DNA from: Lingula anatina
Lineage: Eukaryota > Animalia > Brachiopoda
DNA length: 64,000 nt
NCBI GenBank assembly: GCA_051362555.1
Contig: CM120643.1
Coordinates: forward strand, 434,001 to 498,000
Direction of reading: 5' to 3'
Positions 63,090 through 64,000 of this stretch are shown here, piece by piece. How positions within the stretch are numbered: the first letter of the stretch is position 1; the number at the start of each line of letters is the position of its first letter. The notes under the pieces were generated by a model that saw only the letters and a program-made list of their open reading frames with translations, was not told where the DNA came from and did no database searches. The position numbers and the translations under genes were made by a program.

Positions 63090-63852
63090 TAACCCCTTAA
63101 GGTAACTCGAGATAACTTGTCCTCTTATAGAGATAACCCCTTAAAATAACTTAAGATAACCTATAGAGATAACCTGAGATAACCTTTGATCTTATAGAGA
63201 TAACCCATGAAGATAACCTGGGATAACCTATAGAAATAACCTAAGATAACATGTTCTCTTATAGAGATAACCTGTTAAGATAACTTAAGATAACCTATAG
63301 AGATAACCTGAGATAACCTTTGATCTTATAGAGATAACCCATTAAGATAACTTAAGATAACCTATAGAGATAACCTGAGATAAACTTTGATCTTATAGAG
63401 ATAACCCATGAAGATAACCTGGGATAACCTATAGAAATAACCTAAGATAACATGTTCTCTTATAGAGATAACCTGTTAAGATAACTTAAGATAACCTATA
63501 GAGATAACCTGAGATAACCTTTGATCTTATAGAGATAACCCATTAAGATAACCTGGGATAACCTTTGATCTTATAGAGATAACCCATTAAGATAACCTAA
63601 GATAACCTGTAGAGATAACCTAAGATAACATGTTCTCTTATAGAGATAACCTGTTAAGATAACTTAAGATAACCTATAGAGATAACCTTAGATAACATGT
63701 TCTCTTATAGAGATAACCTGTTAAGATAACTTAAGATAACCTATAGAGATAACCTAAGATACCGTGTTCTCTTATAGAGATAGCCTGTTAAGATAACTTA
63801 AGATAACCTATAGGGATAACCTGAGATAACCTTTGATCTCCTAGAGATAACT
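63090..63852. repeat. GATAAC-based minisatellite
   Basis: AGATAAC recurs about every 10-11 bp, with higher-order ~50-bp units. Confidence 0.95.
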
Positions 63853-64000
63853 ACAGTAACATAGACGAACAGGTTAAAGAGAAGAAAAAAATTAACTGAA
63901 CATCACTTAATTACTTGCACAGGGAGTGCAAAACAACAGAAGCGGGTAATTAGTGGTGAAAAACGGTTAATAGTAAAAAAAGGGAGGTCATGGGGAAGCT

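Larger units (their letters stand above)
61486..64000. mobile_element. Probable second LTR-type element (partial), repeat-rich
   Basis: Abrupt GC-rich start ATAT|TGTAAC, then ~95-bp, ~150-170-bp and GATAAC tandem arrays; other end not identified. Confidence 0.45.

Overview
Eukaryotic (animal, probably marine invertebrate) genomic DNA, AT-rich and repeat-rich. It holds two tandem, same-strand (minus) sacsin-like genes. Copy A was reconstructed by hand from the start codon (30363) through five small/medium exons into a giant exon that runs off the left edge. Copy B shows its giant exon (49300-60251) and terminal HEPN exon (48678-48995), with its 5' exons beyond the right edge. Between them lie a duplicated putative promoter/first exon rich in IRF/ISRE-like motifs and a collapsed relic of a third sacsin copy. 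The two genes are near-identical in the ATPase cores but differ by dense amino-acid-changing substitutions in discrete patches. The introns are packed with nested transposable elements: a young full-length Ty3/Gypsy element (tRNA-Leu PBS, UUUAAAC -1 frameshift site, ATAT TSD), a decayed Tc1, a piggyBac derivative, three Helentron-like elements with DR1-bearing tandem arrays, several MITEs and minisatellites. The best candidate for a novel system is an IRF-inducible, birth-and-death-evolving sacsin (Hsp90-like ATPase x3 + J + HEPN) immune gene cluster; this is an inference, not a demonstration. All coordinates and counts were read by eye.
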